Of a stretch of 64,000 bases of DNA, positions 19,551-28,492 are shown piece by piece (the first letter of the stretch is position 1; every line of letters begins with the position of its first letter). The notes under the pieces were generated by a model. That model was not told the DNA's origin. It searched no databases and saw only the letters and a program-made list of their open reading frames with translations. Source of the stretch: a virus; IMG/VR virus record IMGVR_UViG_3300030397_000361, positions 25 to 64,024 of that record; one strand, written 5' to 3'. Position numbers and translations under genes: made by a program.

Positions 19551-20006
19551 TTATTTCCGTCCCAAAACAAAGGACTTAAGCCGCTGTGACGTGCGGCCCT
19601 GCGTAGTAAGCCGCTCTTCTTGTAGTTCGATACCTTGCTCGGCTGCGATCTTCAATCCGTTGAGGTATTTGTCACCGTATTTAAGCCAGTCCATTGCTAT
19701 CAAGAATTGCTCTTTTTGCTCTCTGGACTGGAAGTAAAGACAACACCAGTACTCAGTATCCACAGCTACATCAAAGCGGCGCTTGTCGGCCTTCTCCTGC
19801 TCTTTGAGGGTCTTTAGGATTTCCCCCTCTTCGGCCTTGGTGTCGTCTGCAATGTCTCCGGTGTAATCTATGTTGTCGAGCGGGTTATCGGCTCCCGCTG
19901 GGTCAAACAATCCGTCTAAGTTGGCCTTGCTGACCTTGGTCTTGCGACGTTTGATCGTGTTGCCGGACTTGCCGATTTCCGGCTTCTTCTTGAGATTAAG
20001 ACTCAT
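19551..20006 (-). CDS. Hypothetical partner of the PAPS-reductase-family protein
   Basis: Coupled to the upstream gene; acidic/basic N-terminal region then DTEYWCCLYFQSREQKEQFL; probable start MSLNL. Confidence 0.7.
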   Translation of the reverse strand: MSLNLKKKPEIGKSGNTIKRRKTKVSKANLDGLFDPAGADNPLDNIDYTGDIADDTKAEEGEILKTLKEQEKADKRRFDVAVDTEYWCCLYFQSREQKEQFLIAMDWLKYGDKYLNGLKIAAEQGIELQEERLTTQGRTSQRLKSFVLGRK

Positions 20007-20712
20007 ATCTAAGTAACTCCATTTCAGCCAACGGGAACCATTCAAGAATGCGCTCCCAATCGGCGGGGTAGTGGTCGTGAATTGGTTTCAAGAATCGGTA
20101 GTCCATTCCATCATATGAACGCCCAAATAATTCGTAATCCACTGACAGCTTGATTTGATGTCGCTTTAGCAACTCAACCAACTCATCCATATACATGTCC
20201 CAAATAGGATAGAAATATCGACGTTTGGCATTGATCGAACCACGCTGTTTGATGGCCGTTCGACGCATCATATTGTCTGGGGCACGAATGCCAGTGGCAC
20301 ACCAGGGGTCGGGCAATTCGTAGACACGTCCCAGTATTTCGTTGATGTCATCGTAATCAAAAACGTGCAAATTCATTGCTCGAATCTTGGCCACGCGCTC
20401 AGGCGTTTGATAACTGAAGTTGGCCAGCATCCGGTAGAACGTGGGATGAGGCAGGCGGACGATCTCTTGATCGAACCATCTCTCGTAATAGTCGAGCGTC
20501 TCCTCGACAAAAGAAATGTCGGGGATGCGATACAGATAGAACGGAATGATTTCAAAATGATCCATTAACTCTAGCCATAGGGCCACCGAATCCTTACCGG
20601 CACTGAAGGACAAGAGGATAGTATCCACGCCTAAATCATCCTTCATATATTTGATTGTATCCTGACGGTTTAGCACTTCGCCGTCAGGATAAAAGCCAGG
20701 ATAATCCGTCAT
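19996..20712 (-). CDS. PAPS-reductase / adenine-nucleotide alpha-hydrolase family protein
   Basis: PP-loop LSFSAGKDS, ATGIRAPDNMMRR, YPIWD motifs. Confidence 0.85.
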   Translation of the reverse strand: MTDYPGFYPDGEVLNRQDTIKYMKDDLGVDTILLSFSAGKDSVALWLELMDHFEIIPFYLYRIPDISFVEETLDYYERWFDQEIVRLPHPTFYRMLANFSYQTPERVAKIRAMNLHVFDYDDINEILGRVYELPDPWCATGIRAPDNMMRRTAIKQRGSINAKRRYFYPIWDMYMDELVELLKRHQIKLSVDYELFGRSYDGMDYRFLKPIHDHYPADWERILEWFPLAEMELLRYES

Positions 20713-20828
20713 ACAGTGAAATTCCCTTTCCCATCACCTATCCCAAACTCTACCGCAATTACATTCATAATGTACACAGGTGTTTTTTTGTTCGGTCGTT
20801 TATTCCAGTACTCTTCATTATATTTCAT
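20709..20828 (-). CDS. 39 aa small ORF coupled to the PAPS gene
   Basis: CAGGAG SD; MKYNEEYWNKRP...GDGKGNFTV; ATGA overlap with the next start; below the ORF-track cutoff. Confidence 0.45.
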   Translation of the reverse strand: MKYNEEYWNKRPNKKTPVYIMNVIAVEFGIGDGKGNFTV

Positions 20829-20918
20829 AATCACACGTCTCCTGTCTGTAATTAATTTGTCTTCATTGTAAATCATAACGTTACCGTTATAAATAGGCCA
20901 TAGGTACTATTCTTACTC

Positions 20919-20947
20919 TGGACAATTCATAACGGTTGTGATATGAT
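20919..20947 (+). promoter_or_regulatory. Promoter of the amidoligase cassette
   Basis: TGGACA-17-TATGAT with extended -10 TG; spacer contains TAACGGTTGTG, shared with the promoter at 23362. Confidence 0.7.
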
Positions 20948-21000
20948 TTATACAGTAGTTCATAACGATAACGTTACCAACTGACAGGAGATTACAAAAA

Positions 21001-21774
21001 ATGTTCGTACACGGTAAAAATTTGACCTTTGGGATCGAAATTGAGTGTCACATACCTACCAATCGTTACACTCACGGCCAACTGAGATTCCGTAAACGTA
21101 GTTTCACTTTGGATGGCATCTCAGGTTGGAAAATCGGCACCGACAGTTCATTAAGTCACATCAACGGCCATCATTCAATCGAAATCTGTTCCCCTCCATT
21201 AAGTGGTATAGATGGTCTGTCACAGGTCGTCACCGTACTCGATTATCTGAATTCAATTAACACAATCGTTTCTCAGTCCTGTGGTATCCACATCCACGTA
21301 GACGGAAAACATCTGGAACGGGCAAATTTAGACGGTTTGATCAACTCGTTTTTGAGATACGAAGACCTGTTTTTCTCGACCAATGGTACACAGTCACAAC
21401 AAAGATTTTCATCTAGTTTCTGCAAACCGTTTAACCCTCGGCACCCTGGTGACAGATACCAGTCACTCAACATTTCAAACGTTCACCGTAACCCGACCAA
21501 AAATACCGTTGAATTTCGTTTATTTAAGTCAACCCTCGACCCCGAAACCGTTTTTACTTGGTTGTATATGTGTGTCGGGTTGGTCAGTCGAGCCACCAAA
21601 ACAACACGGCCCGTTCGTGTCCCCCGGAATGTCACCACATTTGAGAAAATCGAGTCTTTTGTATCTCAGGTGTTCTCCAAAAAAACCTATCAGATCGACC
21701 CCGATTACGCACCCGATAAAAATGATAGTCTGTATCAAGTTCTATTCAACGAAGTTCCCCTGTCAACGATTTAG
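21001..21774 (+). CDS. Putative amidoligase (COOH-NH2 ligase type 2)
   Basis: FGIEIE, TDSSL, EICSPPL, CGIHIHVD, RYQSLN, TVEFRLF motifs. Confidence 0.88.
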   Translation: MFVHGKNLTFGIEIECHIPTNRYTHGQLRFRKRSFTLDGISGWKIGTDSSLSHINGHHSIEICSPPLSGIDGLSQVVTVLDYLNSINTIVSQSCGIHIHVDGKHLERANLDGLINSFLRYEDLFFSTNGTQSQQRFSSSFCKPFNPRHPGDRYQSLNISNVHRNPTKNTVEFRLFKSTLDPETVFTWLYMCVGLVSRATKTTRPVRVPRNVTTFEKIESFVSQVFSKKTYQIDPDYAPDKNDSLYQVLFNEVPLSTI

Positions 21775-21789
21775 TTAGTGTTTAGATTG

Positions 21790-21818
21790 GTACCGGTTTC
21801 AATACTTGAAACCGGTAC
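21790..21818. repeat. Perfect 13-bp inverted repeat between amidoligase and GGCT
   Basis: GTACCGGTTTCAA-TAC-TTGAAACCGGTAC. Confidence 0.8.
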
Positions 21819-21863
21819 TGATGTGTACATTAACCCAAAATTCAACCGTAGGAGGTTTTTATT

Positions 21864-22253
21864 ATGTACGATGTGTTTGTTTACGGCACCCTGATGAAAG
21901 ATCAACCCAATCACAAATTTTTAATCGGATCACAGTTCATTTCTCGTGGTCTGGTTTACGGTCAGATGTATCGGTTATGGTCGTTTCCTGGTCTAAAAAT
22001 GGACACAGGGAAAGAATTTAGACCGTATTGGGGTGAGGTTTATCGGGCGGATGATAAGACCCTGTCCAGACTGGACATTCTGGAAGGACATCCCAATATG
22101 TACACCCGAACCACGGTGAAAATCATTAATGAATCGGGCGATCTTCAGGTCTGTTTCATTTATCTTTACAATGGTTCAGTGGAGTCAAAAAACTTGGTTT
22201 TGAGTGACTCCTGGCCAAACGATGTCAACCAAATTTTAGCAATAGGAGCATAA
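21864..22253 (+). CDS. Gamma-glutamylcyclotransferase (AIG2-like)
   Basis: VFVYGTLM, WGEVY, LSRLDILEG, YTR motifs. Confidence 0.9.
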   Translation: MYDVFVYGTLMKDQPNHKFLIGSQFISRGLVYGQMYRLWSFPGLKMDTGKEFRPYWGEVYRADDKTLSRLDILEGHPNMYTRTTVKIINESGDLQVCFIYLYNGSVESKNLVLSDSWPNDVNQILAIGA

Positions 22254-22257
22254 ACTT

Positions 22258-22683
22258 ATGGCAACTCGTAGCAACGTAGTGATTAAATTCCCTGGCACCT
22301 CTGATGTTTATCTGTGTCGACATTGGGACGGTTATCTATCTGAGAATGGCGCAATTGTGGCCATCGCAGCCCGCAAACTCGCTGAAGGATCGTTAAACAC
22401 TGACAACATTGTTGATTGGTTTACCAATCAACAATATGAAGGCCGTCCATTGTATCACCTGACAGACGATATTCACGGCGACATTGAACACCTGTATTAC
22501 ATCGAATTGACCGAACGTGGCAATGTGATTGTGTCTCACGGGCAAGGATATGGAGAAAACATACCAGTTAAACGATACAAGGTGTCAACCTTCATTAAAA
22601 AGATCAACGCCAATCGAAGGTCAATCAATCGTCGCTTTGATCCAAACGAGTGTCAATACCGAATGTTAAGACAGCCTCAATAA
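22258..22683 (+). CDS. Hypothetical protein
   Basis: 141 aa, RHWDGY motif, GGAG SD. Confidence 0.7.
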   Translation: MATRSNVVIKFPGTSDVYLCRHWDGYLSENGAIVAIAARKLAEGSLNTDNIVDWFTNQQYEGRPLYHLTDDIHGDIEHLYYIELTERGNVIVSHGQGYGENIPVKRYKVSTFIKKINANRRSINRRFDPNECQYRMLRQPQ

Positions 22684-22733
22684 CCAAGCCCTTTACCCTT
22701 CGCCCGGTTGGTGGTTAAACCGGGCTTATTATT

Positions 22734-23372
22734 ATGAAACAACTAAAACTATTCCATAAACGGGTTTTGACTACCAGATCAAACCGGTTTGAAGACTTCA
22801 AGCAATTATTTGATTGTTTAGGTGTAGACCTGATCCCCATTCGCACCCTAGATCAAGCCAGGAAGGCGAAAGGCGATTTCGTTCTACTCACCGGAGGGCC
22901 AGACATAAACCCCTTTTTTTACGGCGAGACAAACACCGATGCCCGATTCGTTGACAAAAACAGAGACATTTTAGACTGGACTCTGTGTCGCCGGGCCTTG
23001 TCTGAAAAATTACCTCTACTCGGCATATGTCGCGGTATGCAGATGATCAATATCGCCTGTGGCGGCTCACTGCATCAAGACATTTACCGGGCAAAAGTAA
23101 CGAAAAAGCACCCATCATATCATAAAATACACTCGTGCTATCCTTTGTGTGACCATATCCCAACCGGAAAAGTCAATTCCAGGCACCACCAAGCAGTTAA
23201 AGCGGTTGCCCCAGGACTTGACGTGATCGCCACTTCGACCAAGGACAATATCATTGAAGCCATTTACGCGCCGGGAATCTTGGGCGTACAATGGCATCCT
23301 GAAGACCTTTGGGCCAGCGACTACAAATGGCAATCGCTGTTTGATTGGTTTCTCAAGGGTCTTGAATGTTAG
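22734..23372 (+). CDS. Class I glutamine amidotransferase, peptidase C26 (gamma-glutamyl-GABA hydrolase-like)
   Basis: LLTGGPDINP, LGICRGMQ (catalytic Cys), NSRHHQAV, GVQWHPE (His-Glu). Confidence 0.92.
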   Translation: MKQLKLFHKRVLTTRSNRFEDFKQLFDCLGVDLIPIRTLDQARKAKGDFVLLTGGPDINPFFYGETNTDARFVDKNRDILDWTLCRRALSEKLPLLGICRGMQMINIACGGSLHQDIYRAKVTKKHPSYHKIHSCYPLCDHIPTGKVNSRHHQAVKAVAPGLDVIATSTKDNIIEAIYAPGILGVQWHPEDLWASDYKWQSLFDWFLKGLEC

Positions 23373-23390
23373 TAACGGTTGTGTTACAAT
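23362..23390 (+). promoter_or_regulatory. Promoter of the cassette HTH gene
   Basis: TTGAAT-17-TACAAT with TAACGGTTGTG in the spacer. Confidence 0.7.
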
Positions 23391-23412
23391 CTTGTCCAAG
23401 GAGGCGCTAATT

Positions 23413-23706
23413 ATGGACGCTATTAAAGACTTGCTGAAAGATTGGGACAGACTCAACAAGAGACAAATCAAGGAGCGGCTAATCACTCTTGTACTAGAGG
23501 GCAAGCAGGAGCCTATTTTGTCCGTTTCTGATATGGCCCAAGAGCTTGGCATTGCTGAAATCACCGTTCGGGTCAAAGCGGCTAAGAATGGCATCGGGAC
23601 GAAGGTAAATCCCAAAGCCTGGGTTTTCCGTCCAAGCGACGTTGATTTATTTAAGGCCATTCCAAGCACCCCAGGCCCGAAGCCGAAAAAACCAATAGAC
23701 GACTAA
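23413..23706 (+). CDS. HTH DNA-binding protein (excisionase/MerR-like HTH)
   Basis: AAGGAGG SD, start MDAIK; LSVSDMAQELGIAEITVRV. Confidence 0.75.
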   Translation: MDAIKDLLKDWDRLNKRQIKERLITLVLEGKQEPILSVSDMAQELGIAEITVRVKAAKNGIGTKVNPKAWVFRPSDVDLFKAIPSTPGPKPKKPIDD

Positions 23707-23707
23707 G

Positions 23708-23751
23708 AAAAAGGACTGAGGCAAGTTTAACCCCGCCCTCAGTTCTTTTTT
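23708..23751. terminator. Bidirectional terminator at convergent genes
   Basis: A-tract, ACTGAGG...CCTCAGT stem, T-tract. Confidence 0.7.
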
Positions 23752-23789
23752 ATGGAATTTGTAAATCATCTCCTCAGTTTTAATGTCGC

Positions 23790-24068
23790 TCAAAGTTCCT
23801 CATTTTCTGCGCTCTTATAAATATCAACGATCTCCAGCGCAACCGATTCGCCAACTCTTAACAGGTCATCATCTTTCAACTTGAAAGGCCAAAACCTATC
23901 CATTGCCAGCGTGACGACCATCGAGCCATCATCAGAAAGCGTGATGTTATGTCGCTTGCCTCCGGTTGGCGGCAATAGCTCATTGAGTTTTGTTAGTAGT
24001 CCGTGCGCGTGTTTCAAGATACCTCTTTTCGCTATATGGTCACACAACTCCAGAAGAAGTGTAACCAT
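23790..24068 (-). CDS. Hypothetical protein
   Basis: Probable start MVTLL just after the upstream stop (ORF track 24317). Confidence 0.5.
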   Translation of the reverse strand: MVTLLLELCDHIAKRGILKHAHGLLTKLNELLPPTGGKRHNITLSDDGSMVVTLAMDRFWPFKLKDDDLLRVGESVALEIVDIYKSAENEEL

Positions 24069-24072
24069 AATT

Positions 24073-24348
24073 TCAGTGAATTTCGCCGACCAAAACCCAA
24101 TTGCCGTTCTTGTCAATGTCGTAAATTGGTCGCTTATCGCCGCCAACCTGAATTGCAATTGATGTGCTACTGGGGCGGCTTGATTCAATCGTCGATGCCC
24201 AGTCAGCACCAAGCCAATGCGGAGCAGGCTTGCATTCTCCATCTGGCACCTTGACACTAACCGCAGTCTCGTCTGCTTCGCCTTGCCCTGCAACCAATGA
24301 GCCTGCAATGGCGGCAATCGCGCCGCCTAGAAATGTTCTACGTTTCAT
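24073..24348 (-). CDS. Small protein with twin-arginine (Tat)-type signal
   Basis: MKRRTFLGGAIAAIAGSLVAGQGEA. Confidence 0.6.
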   Translation of the reverse strand: MKRRTFLGGAIAAIAGSLVAGQGEADETAVSVKVPDGECKPAPHWLGADWASTIESSRPSSTSIAIQVGGDKRPIYDIDKNGNWVLVGEIH

Positions 24349-24361
24349 TTTGATCCTTTCG

Positions 24362-24700
24362 CTAATCGGTAACAACGATCTTCATCCACGGTATACCAGG
24401 CGACCAGGTTCCGTCCTCAAATGATATATTGCAAATGTAATCCCCGAGCGCGGCGGCGGCGGGTGCAACGATTTCAGGCAACGTGATAAATGTAGTGCTT
24501 TCAGATGTCGAGTTGACAGCAATAAAGTCCGCTATCACGTCCGATTCATCTGACTGCCGAATGATTGAGGCGACTGCCGACGATGTTACAGTAGCACTAC
24601 CCCATTGTGCCTTGTCGAGTGTCCAAAACGCCCCCTCGCCACGCCTTAACGTGCGCGGTCCCTCTTTGACCTGATGCTCTTTCGGTGGATTTATAGCCAT
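24362..24700 (-). CDS. Hypothetical virion-accessory protein
   Basis: 112 aa beta-rich, in the post-holin block. Confidence 0.5.
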   Translation of the reverse strand: MAINPPKEHQVKEGPRTLRRGEGAFWTLDKAQWGSATVTSSAVASIIRQSDESDVIADFIAVNSTSESTTFITLPEIVAPAAAALGDYICNISFEDGTWSPGIPWMKIVVTD

Positions 24701-24703
24701 AGT

Positions 24704-24982
24704 CTAATCCCTTGAATCCTGTAACGTTAGCGAGCTGTCACGAGGCTTGAGTGTTAGCGAGGATTCACGTTCTTCCAATGTTAGTGACGCATCGCGTGGC
24801 TTGAGTGTTAGCGAGGATTCACGTTCATCGAGTGTTAGTGACGCATCACGCGGTTTGAGTGTCAATAGCTCAGTTTCGATTGTCGTGACAGCAATCTCAA
24901 GTAGCGTATTATCGGCAATCTCAAGAACCGTGTTGTCTGCAATCTCCAATACTACGCCAATCGTCGCCGTGTACGTGGTCAT
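24704..24982 (-). CDS. Repeat-containing hypothetical protein
   Basis: LTLKPRDAS-LTLxERESS units. Confidence 0.6.
   Translation of the reverse strand: MTTYTATIGVVLEIADNTVLEIADNTLLEIAVTTIETELLTLKPRDASLTLDERESSLTLKPRDASLTLEERESSLTLKPRDSSLTLQDSRD
24719..24885. repeat. 54-nt tandem repeat (about 2.5-3 copies) in coding sequence
   Basis: GGCTTGAGTGTTAGCGAGGATTCACGTTC recurs with a 54-nt period. Confidence 0.85.
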
Positions 24983-25160
24983 TCGTCGAATGCCTCATCA
25001 TCGCTGGCTGACTCTGGTTGCTCTGGCTCGACATCGACCAGGCGCAGGGACCAGCCGCGAAACGCAGCGGGCAGGGCTTCGAGCAGCGGTATCCAGCCGT
25101 GGCCGCTTGGAGGGACCAGCACCGGCATTTGTTGGCGCGGCTTTTGTTCGTCTGTCATCG

Positions 25161-25553
25161 TCACACCAAATATCCAAACAAATCAACAGCCCACGTCTCG
25201 GTGGTCGCATCGCTACCGGTTTCAATGGAGATTCTAAAACTATCACCAGCCGCTTGTACTGTGACCTCGCTGCTATCGGCTGGCCCATCGGTCTGGAAGA
25301 AATCTTGATTGGCGACGGTGTAAGTGACCGAATTTATAAAATCATCATACGTGGCTGAGTTGCCGCCAAACGAGGCGACGGCCTGAACTGCCTTGCCGCC
25401 CGCCGTGAATGATGTAACGCGAATGACGACGAACATGGGTATTAATGTTTTCCCGGTCGGGACGCTGTAAAGCCCGGTCGTTGCCACCGTTTTGGCATCA
25501 ATGCCGGTTGTAGTCGATATTAGCGCGATGGTTTTCTCTTTTGCGTCAGCCAT
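25161..25553 (-). CDS. Hypothetical virion-accessory protein
   Basis: 130 aa Thr/Ala/Val-rich, beta-sandwich-like. Confidence 0.6.
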   Translation of the reverse strand: MADAKEKTIALISTTTGIDAKTVATTGLYSVPTGKTLIPMFVVIRVTSFTAGGKAVQAVASFGGNSATYDDFINSVTYTVANQDFFQTDGPADSSEVTVQAAGDSFRISIETGSDATTETWAVDLFGYLV

Positions 25554-25589
25554 TGCGGGTGCCTCTCCCTGTTCTTGGTTTCTTTGGTT

Positions 25590-25973
25590 TCAAAATTTTA
25601 TCAATCCGGTCTGGATTTTTAAGCAGTTGCCTGATTTTACTGGATGATTTTGCAAAGCCTCGATAAAATCATCAACCAGTCCAGGAGTGATGATAGCAAA
25701 GTCGAATCGCCTGAACTCGTTAATATCATTCGGGAATCTGCCGAGATAGGCTGATAGTGCGTCGCGGCTGGCTCCTGGTGCGCGTTGTAGGATTTTTGGT
25801 ATTCTGAACGTTGCCAAGTCGCGTTTGTTTTGACGCTCGATATTTGCAGTGTCAGCCACCTTGCGTCGGATTTTGGCCTGGTCAAAACTATTGGGGACAG
25901 CAACGAATTCTCCGGCTCTCCGAAAAACGCCATTTATTTCAGTGTCTTCTGACAAAGTAACTATTTGGCTCAT
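25590..25973 (-). CDS. Hypothetical protein
   Basis: 127 aa ORF coupled to its neighbour. Confidence 0.55.
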   Translation of the reverse strand: MSQIVTLSEDTEINGVFRRAGEFVAVPNSFDQAKIRRKVADTANIERQNKRDLATFRIPKILQRAPGASRDALSAYLGRFPNDINEFRRFDFAIITPGLVDDFIEALQNHPVKSGNCLKIQTGLIKF

Positions 25974-26230
25974 CAGTAATACAACGCCTCATTTTCCCAG
26001 CACAACACGTCGTTTTCATAGCACACCAATTCGCCAGATTCAAATGAAACCGGAGTGCCACCATCTGCCGGGAAAACAAATATCTTTTTACTGTCACTGG
26101 AAAATGCAATCTCTCCTTGGCGACCGATTGTGTTGCCAGATTCGTAAACCGTCTTGATATTGGCTTCTGTGTCTACACCCAACTGGATGATCACTGGATG
26201 TCCATTTAAGATCAGTGGGTTTACAGCCAT
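25973..26230 (-). CDS. Small fibre-associated protein
   Basis: QGEIAFSSDSKKIFV resembles fibre N-terminal motifs. Confidence 0.5.
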   Translation of the reverse strand: MAVNPLILNGHPVIIQLGVDTEANIKTVYESGNTIGRQGEIAFSSDSKKIFVFPADGGTPVSFESGELVCYENDVLCWENEALYY

Positions 26231-27111
26231 TATATAGACACTCCTCCACCAATTAATGTACTAGTAGGATCAAGATTGAAATTTCCGGTTGATGGTCCTA
26301 AAAACAGCGGGTCTACTGTGGTCATGTCGGTGCCTGCCGGTACATCAGTGATGTTACGAGTATTGACGTGTGATAAAATGTTGGTCGGTTCGGTTCGTCC
26401 CGCAGACAACGCAGGATCCTTCCACGTTAAACCTCCTCCTGTCTGATTTTCGATAATCGTGTTATTAAGCGTAATATTAAATTCAGATGCGCTGGAGTGA
26501 GCCTCGAATAAGTAAGTCCACGTGGGGCTTGAATTAGCAAAATAAAAAACGCAATGATTCAGCGTCAAATCCACGGGAAAACCTGAACTCCCTCGAAACT
26601 TCATTAAAACAACACCCGAACCATTTTTCATGATGTCGTCAAAAACGCAACTCGTGAACACGTAATTCCGATCCTCCCCAAGTATTGATTCCCCGTTAAC
26701 AATGGCACCCCTATTTACATTGTTGTTAGCCGTGATCGAGCTAAATCTAACTCTGGTAAATGTCAATGTTTCCCCGCTCGTCAGAGTGTCTGCGAATAAC
26801 CCGTCATCTGTATCCGTTGAAGCATTTTGAAAAACTATATCCTGAAATGTCGTGTCGGTGGTCACTGTCCACTGGACTGTTCCCGCAGACCCATCAAAAA
26901 CAGCAGGATTGATTATAGAGGCTCCTCTAACGGTACGATCTTCAATTGTATCAGTCACAAATGCGTAATTGGCTGTTGAAACTTGGCAGGTGATCGTATC
27001 GCCTGACCCACTGTTATCGTAAGCATAAGCCAACGTTTCCCACGGATTACCGCTTGAACCGTCACCGCTGCCATCATCACCTGTATCTGCATTGATAAAA
27101 TATTCTGCCAT
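26230..27111 (-). CDS. Beta-helix (pectin-lyase-like) virion protein
   Basis: YFINADTGDDGSGDGSSGNPWETL N-terminal motif; C-terminal DPLF...NFNLDPTSTLIGGG. Confidence 0.75.
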   Translation of the reverse strand: MAEYFINADTGDDGSGDGSSGNPWETLAYAYDNSGSGDTITCQVSTANYAFVTDTIEDRTVRGASIINPAVFDGSAGTVQWTVTTDTTFQDIVFQNASTDTDDGLFADTLTSGETLTFTRVRFSSITANNNVNRGAIVNGESILGEDRNYVFTSCVFDDIMKNGSGVVLMKFRGSSGFPVDLTLNHCVFYFANSSPTWTYLFEAHSSASEFNITLNNTIIENQTGGGLTWKDPALSAGRTEPTNILSHVNTRNITDVPAGTDMTTVDPLFLGPSTGNFNLDPTSTLIGGGVSI

Positions 27112-28070
27112 CAGCTATATGACCTTCCTTGAACTCGTAGTGGGTACGGATATGGCCCCAAACTAGAACTATACTGTTGCGACAATGGCAAACCATTCAA
27201 TCCCAATTCGTCTGAATTTCCGTTCATCAGTTGATAATACTGAGTCAATCCCACAGGCTTATGCTCCAACTCGTAATATGATCCTGATGATCCCACGCTT
27301 GAATCCTCTCGGAACACAAAGCCTGTGACCACATCACCCCAAGCGCCGTTCGAGTAAAACTGCAACACGCCGTTTGACGTTCGTAACCCTCTTGCTTCAT
27401 CAAAAGCCGACTCGCCTATCTTAATGTTAAAAAGCTCTTTGTTTGCTACATATGAGTCACTGTAGCCCGCCAAATCATTGACGACCATCGGAGGCTGCAA
27501 TCCAATATCAGGCGTCGTGCTGGCCGCCTGATGTTCCAGCGGTGCGACCTGGAAATCAGTGCCATCGTGGACAAAAAACTCTTCTGAATCGATCGAATAG
27601 AACATATCGCCCGATGATGGGGAAACGGTTGCTAAAATGTTGGCGCGGGTGTCAACGATGAGCGATGCGCCGCCACCCAACGCATCCCAACTGCTGCCAT
27701 TGTATCTCTCGTGTTGGCCGGTCGTCGTGTTGTAAATAATCGCGCCGGTTGCCGGGGAACCAATCGCATCACGCTGCGCTGTGGTCAGGTTGTTTGGCAC
27801 AATGCCAACGTGCCCCGTACCGGAAAACGTCAGTGGGCCAGTCATTTCGTCGCCAATCACGGCAACGAAATCCGTCGCGGATGATGTAGCAGCGGTGCCA
27901 AGTCCGCTAATGTTGGCCGATGTCAAGACGTAGGTCTTGAAATTGGCATAGCTCATCATCTCAGCCACGCCGGTTGCGGTTGGCACGACCATTAACAGAT
28001 CGTCACTGCTCGGCTCGGCGGCAAGCTCGATTATGCCTGCGTTGTTAAGTCGCCACTGGACTACGCCCAT
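27111..28070 (-). CDS. Fibre-like protein
   Basis: LTTAQRDAIGSPATGAIIYNTTTGQHERYNGSSW fibre repeat motif. Confidence 0.65.
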   Translation of the reverse strand: MGVVQWRLNNAGIIELAAEPSSDDLLMVVPTATGVAEMMSYANFKTYVLTSANISGLGTAATSSATDFVAVIGDEMTGPLTFSGTGHVGIVPNNLTTAQRDAIGSPATGAIIYNTTTGQHERYNGSSWDALGGGASLIVDTRANILATVSPSSGDMFYSIDSEEFFVHDGTDFQVAPLEHQAASTTPDIGLQPPMVVNDLAGYSDSYVANKELFNIKIGESAFDEARGLRTSNGVLQFYSNGAWGDVVTGFVFREDSSVGSSGSYYELEHKPVGLTQYYQLMNGNSDELGLNGLPLSQQYSSSLGPYPYPLRVQGRSYS

Positions 28071-28492
28071 TATTCTCTGCCCCCTCGCCTGGAATCAGTA
28101 TTCGCGGCTTGCTCGATGGCTTGCTGCCAGTGTGCTATCTGCTCAGTAGTCATATGCTCTGCAATGGTCTGGATCATATCAGGTTCTAAATGTCCAAATA
28201 ACTCAATTAGAAACGTGCTGTCAGTCGAGGCAATAAAGGCGTGATTTTCTAGCACGGTCAAAATGTCTAGTATCCGCGTCGCTGAATCGCGTGCAATGTC
28301 AAGCTCAACAGTCTCAATCTGCTCAATCGCGTCTTTGATGTGCCGAACCAGGTCGGCAATCCGACCTGTGGTCGCGATGTTTCGGTTAGCCTCTTCCCCG
28401 GCGTTGCTGATGGCGCGTTTGCGTTTTTTACTCACTGCCGCCGCCTTTTTTTTGATCGCGCCGCTTTTGCAAACTATTGAGCGATGAGGCAA
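28070..28492 (-). CDS. Hypothetical protein
   Basis: 140 aa; basic N-terminus, helical. Confidence 0.5.
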   Translation of the reverse strand: MPHRSIVCKSGAIKKKAAAVSKKRKRAISNAGEEANRNIATTGRIADLVRHIKDAIEQIETVELDIARDSATRILDILTVLENHAFIASTDSTFLIELFGHLEPDMIQTIAEHMTTEQIAHWQQAIEQAANTDSRRGGRE

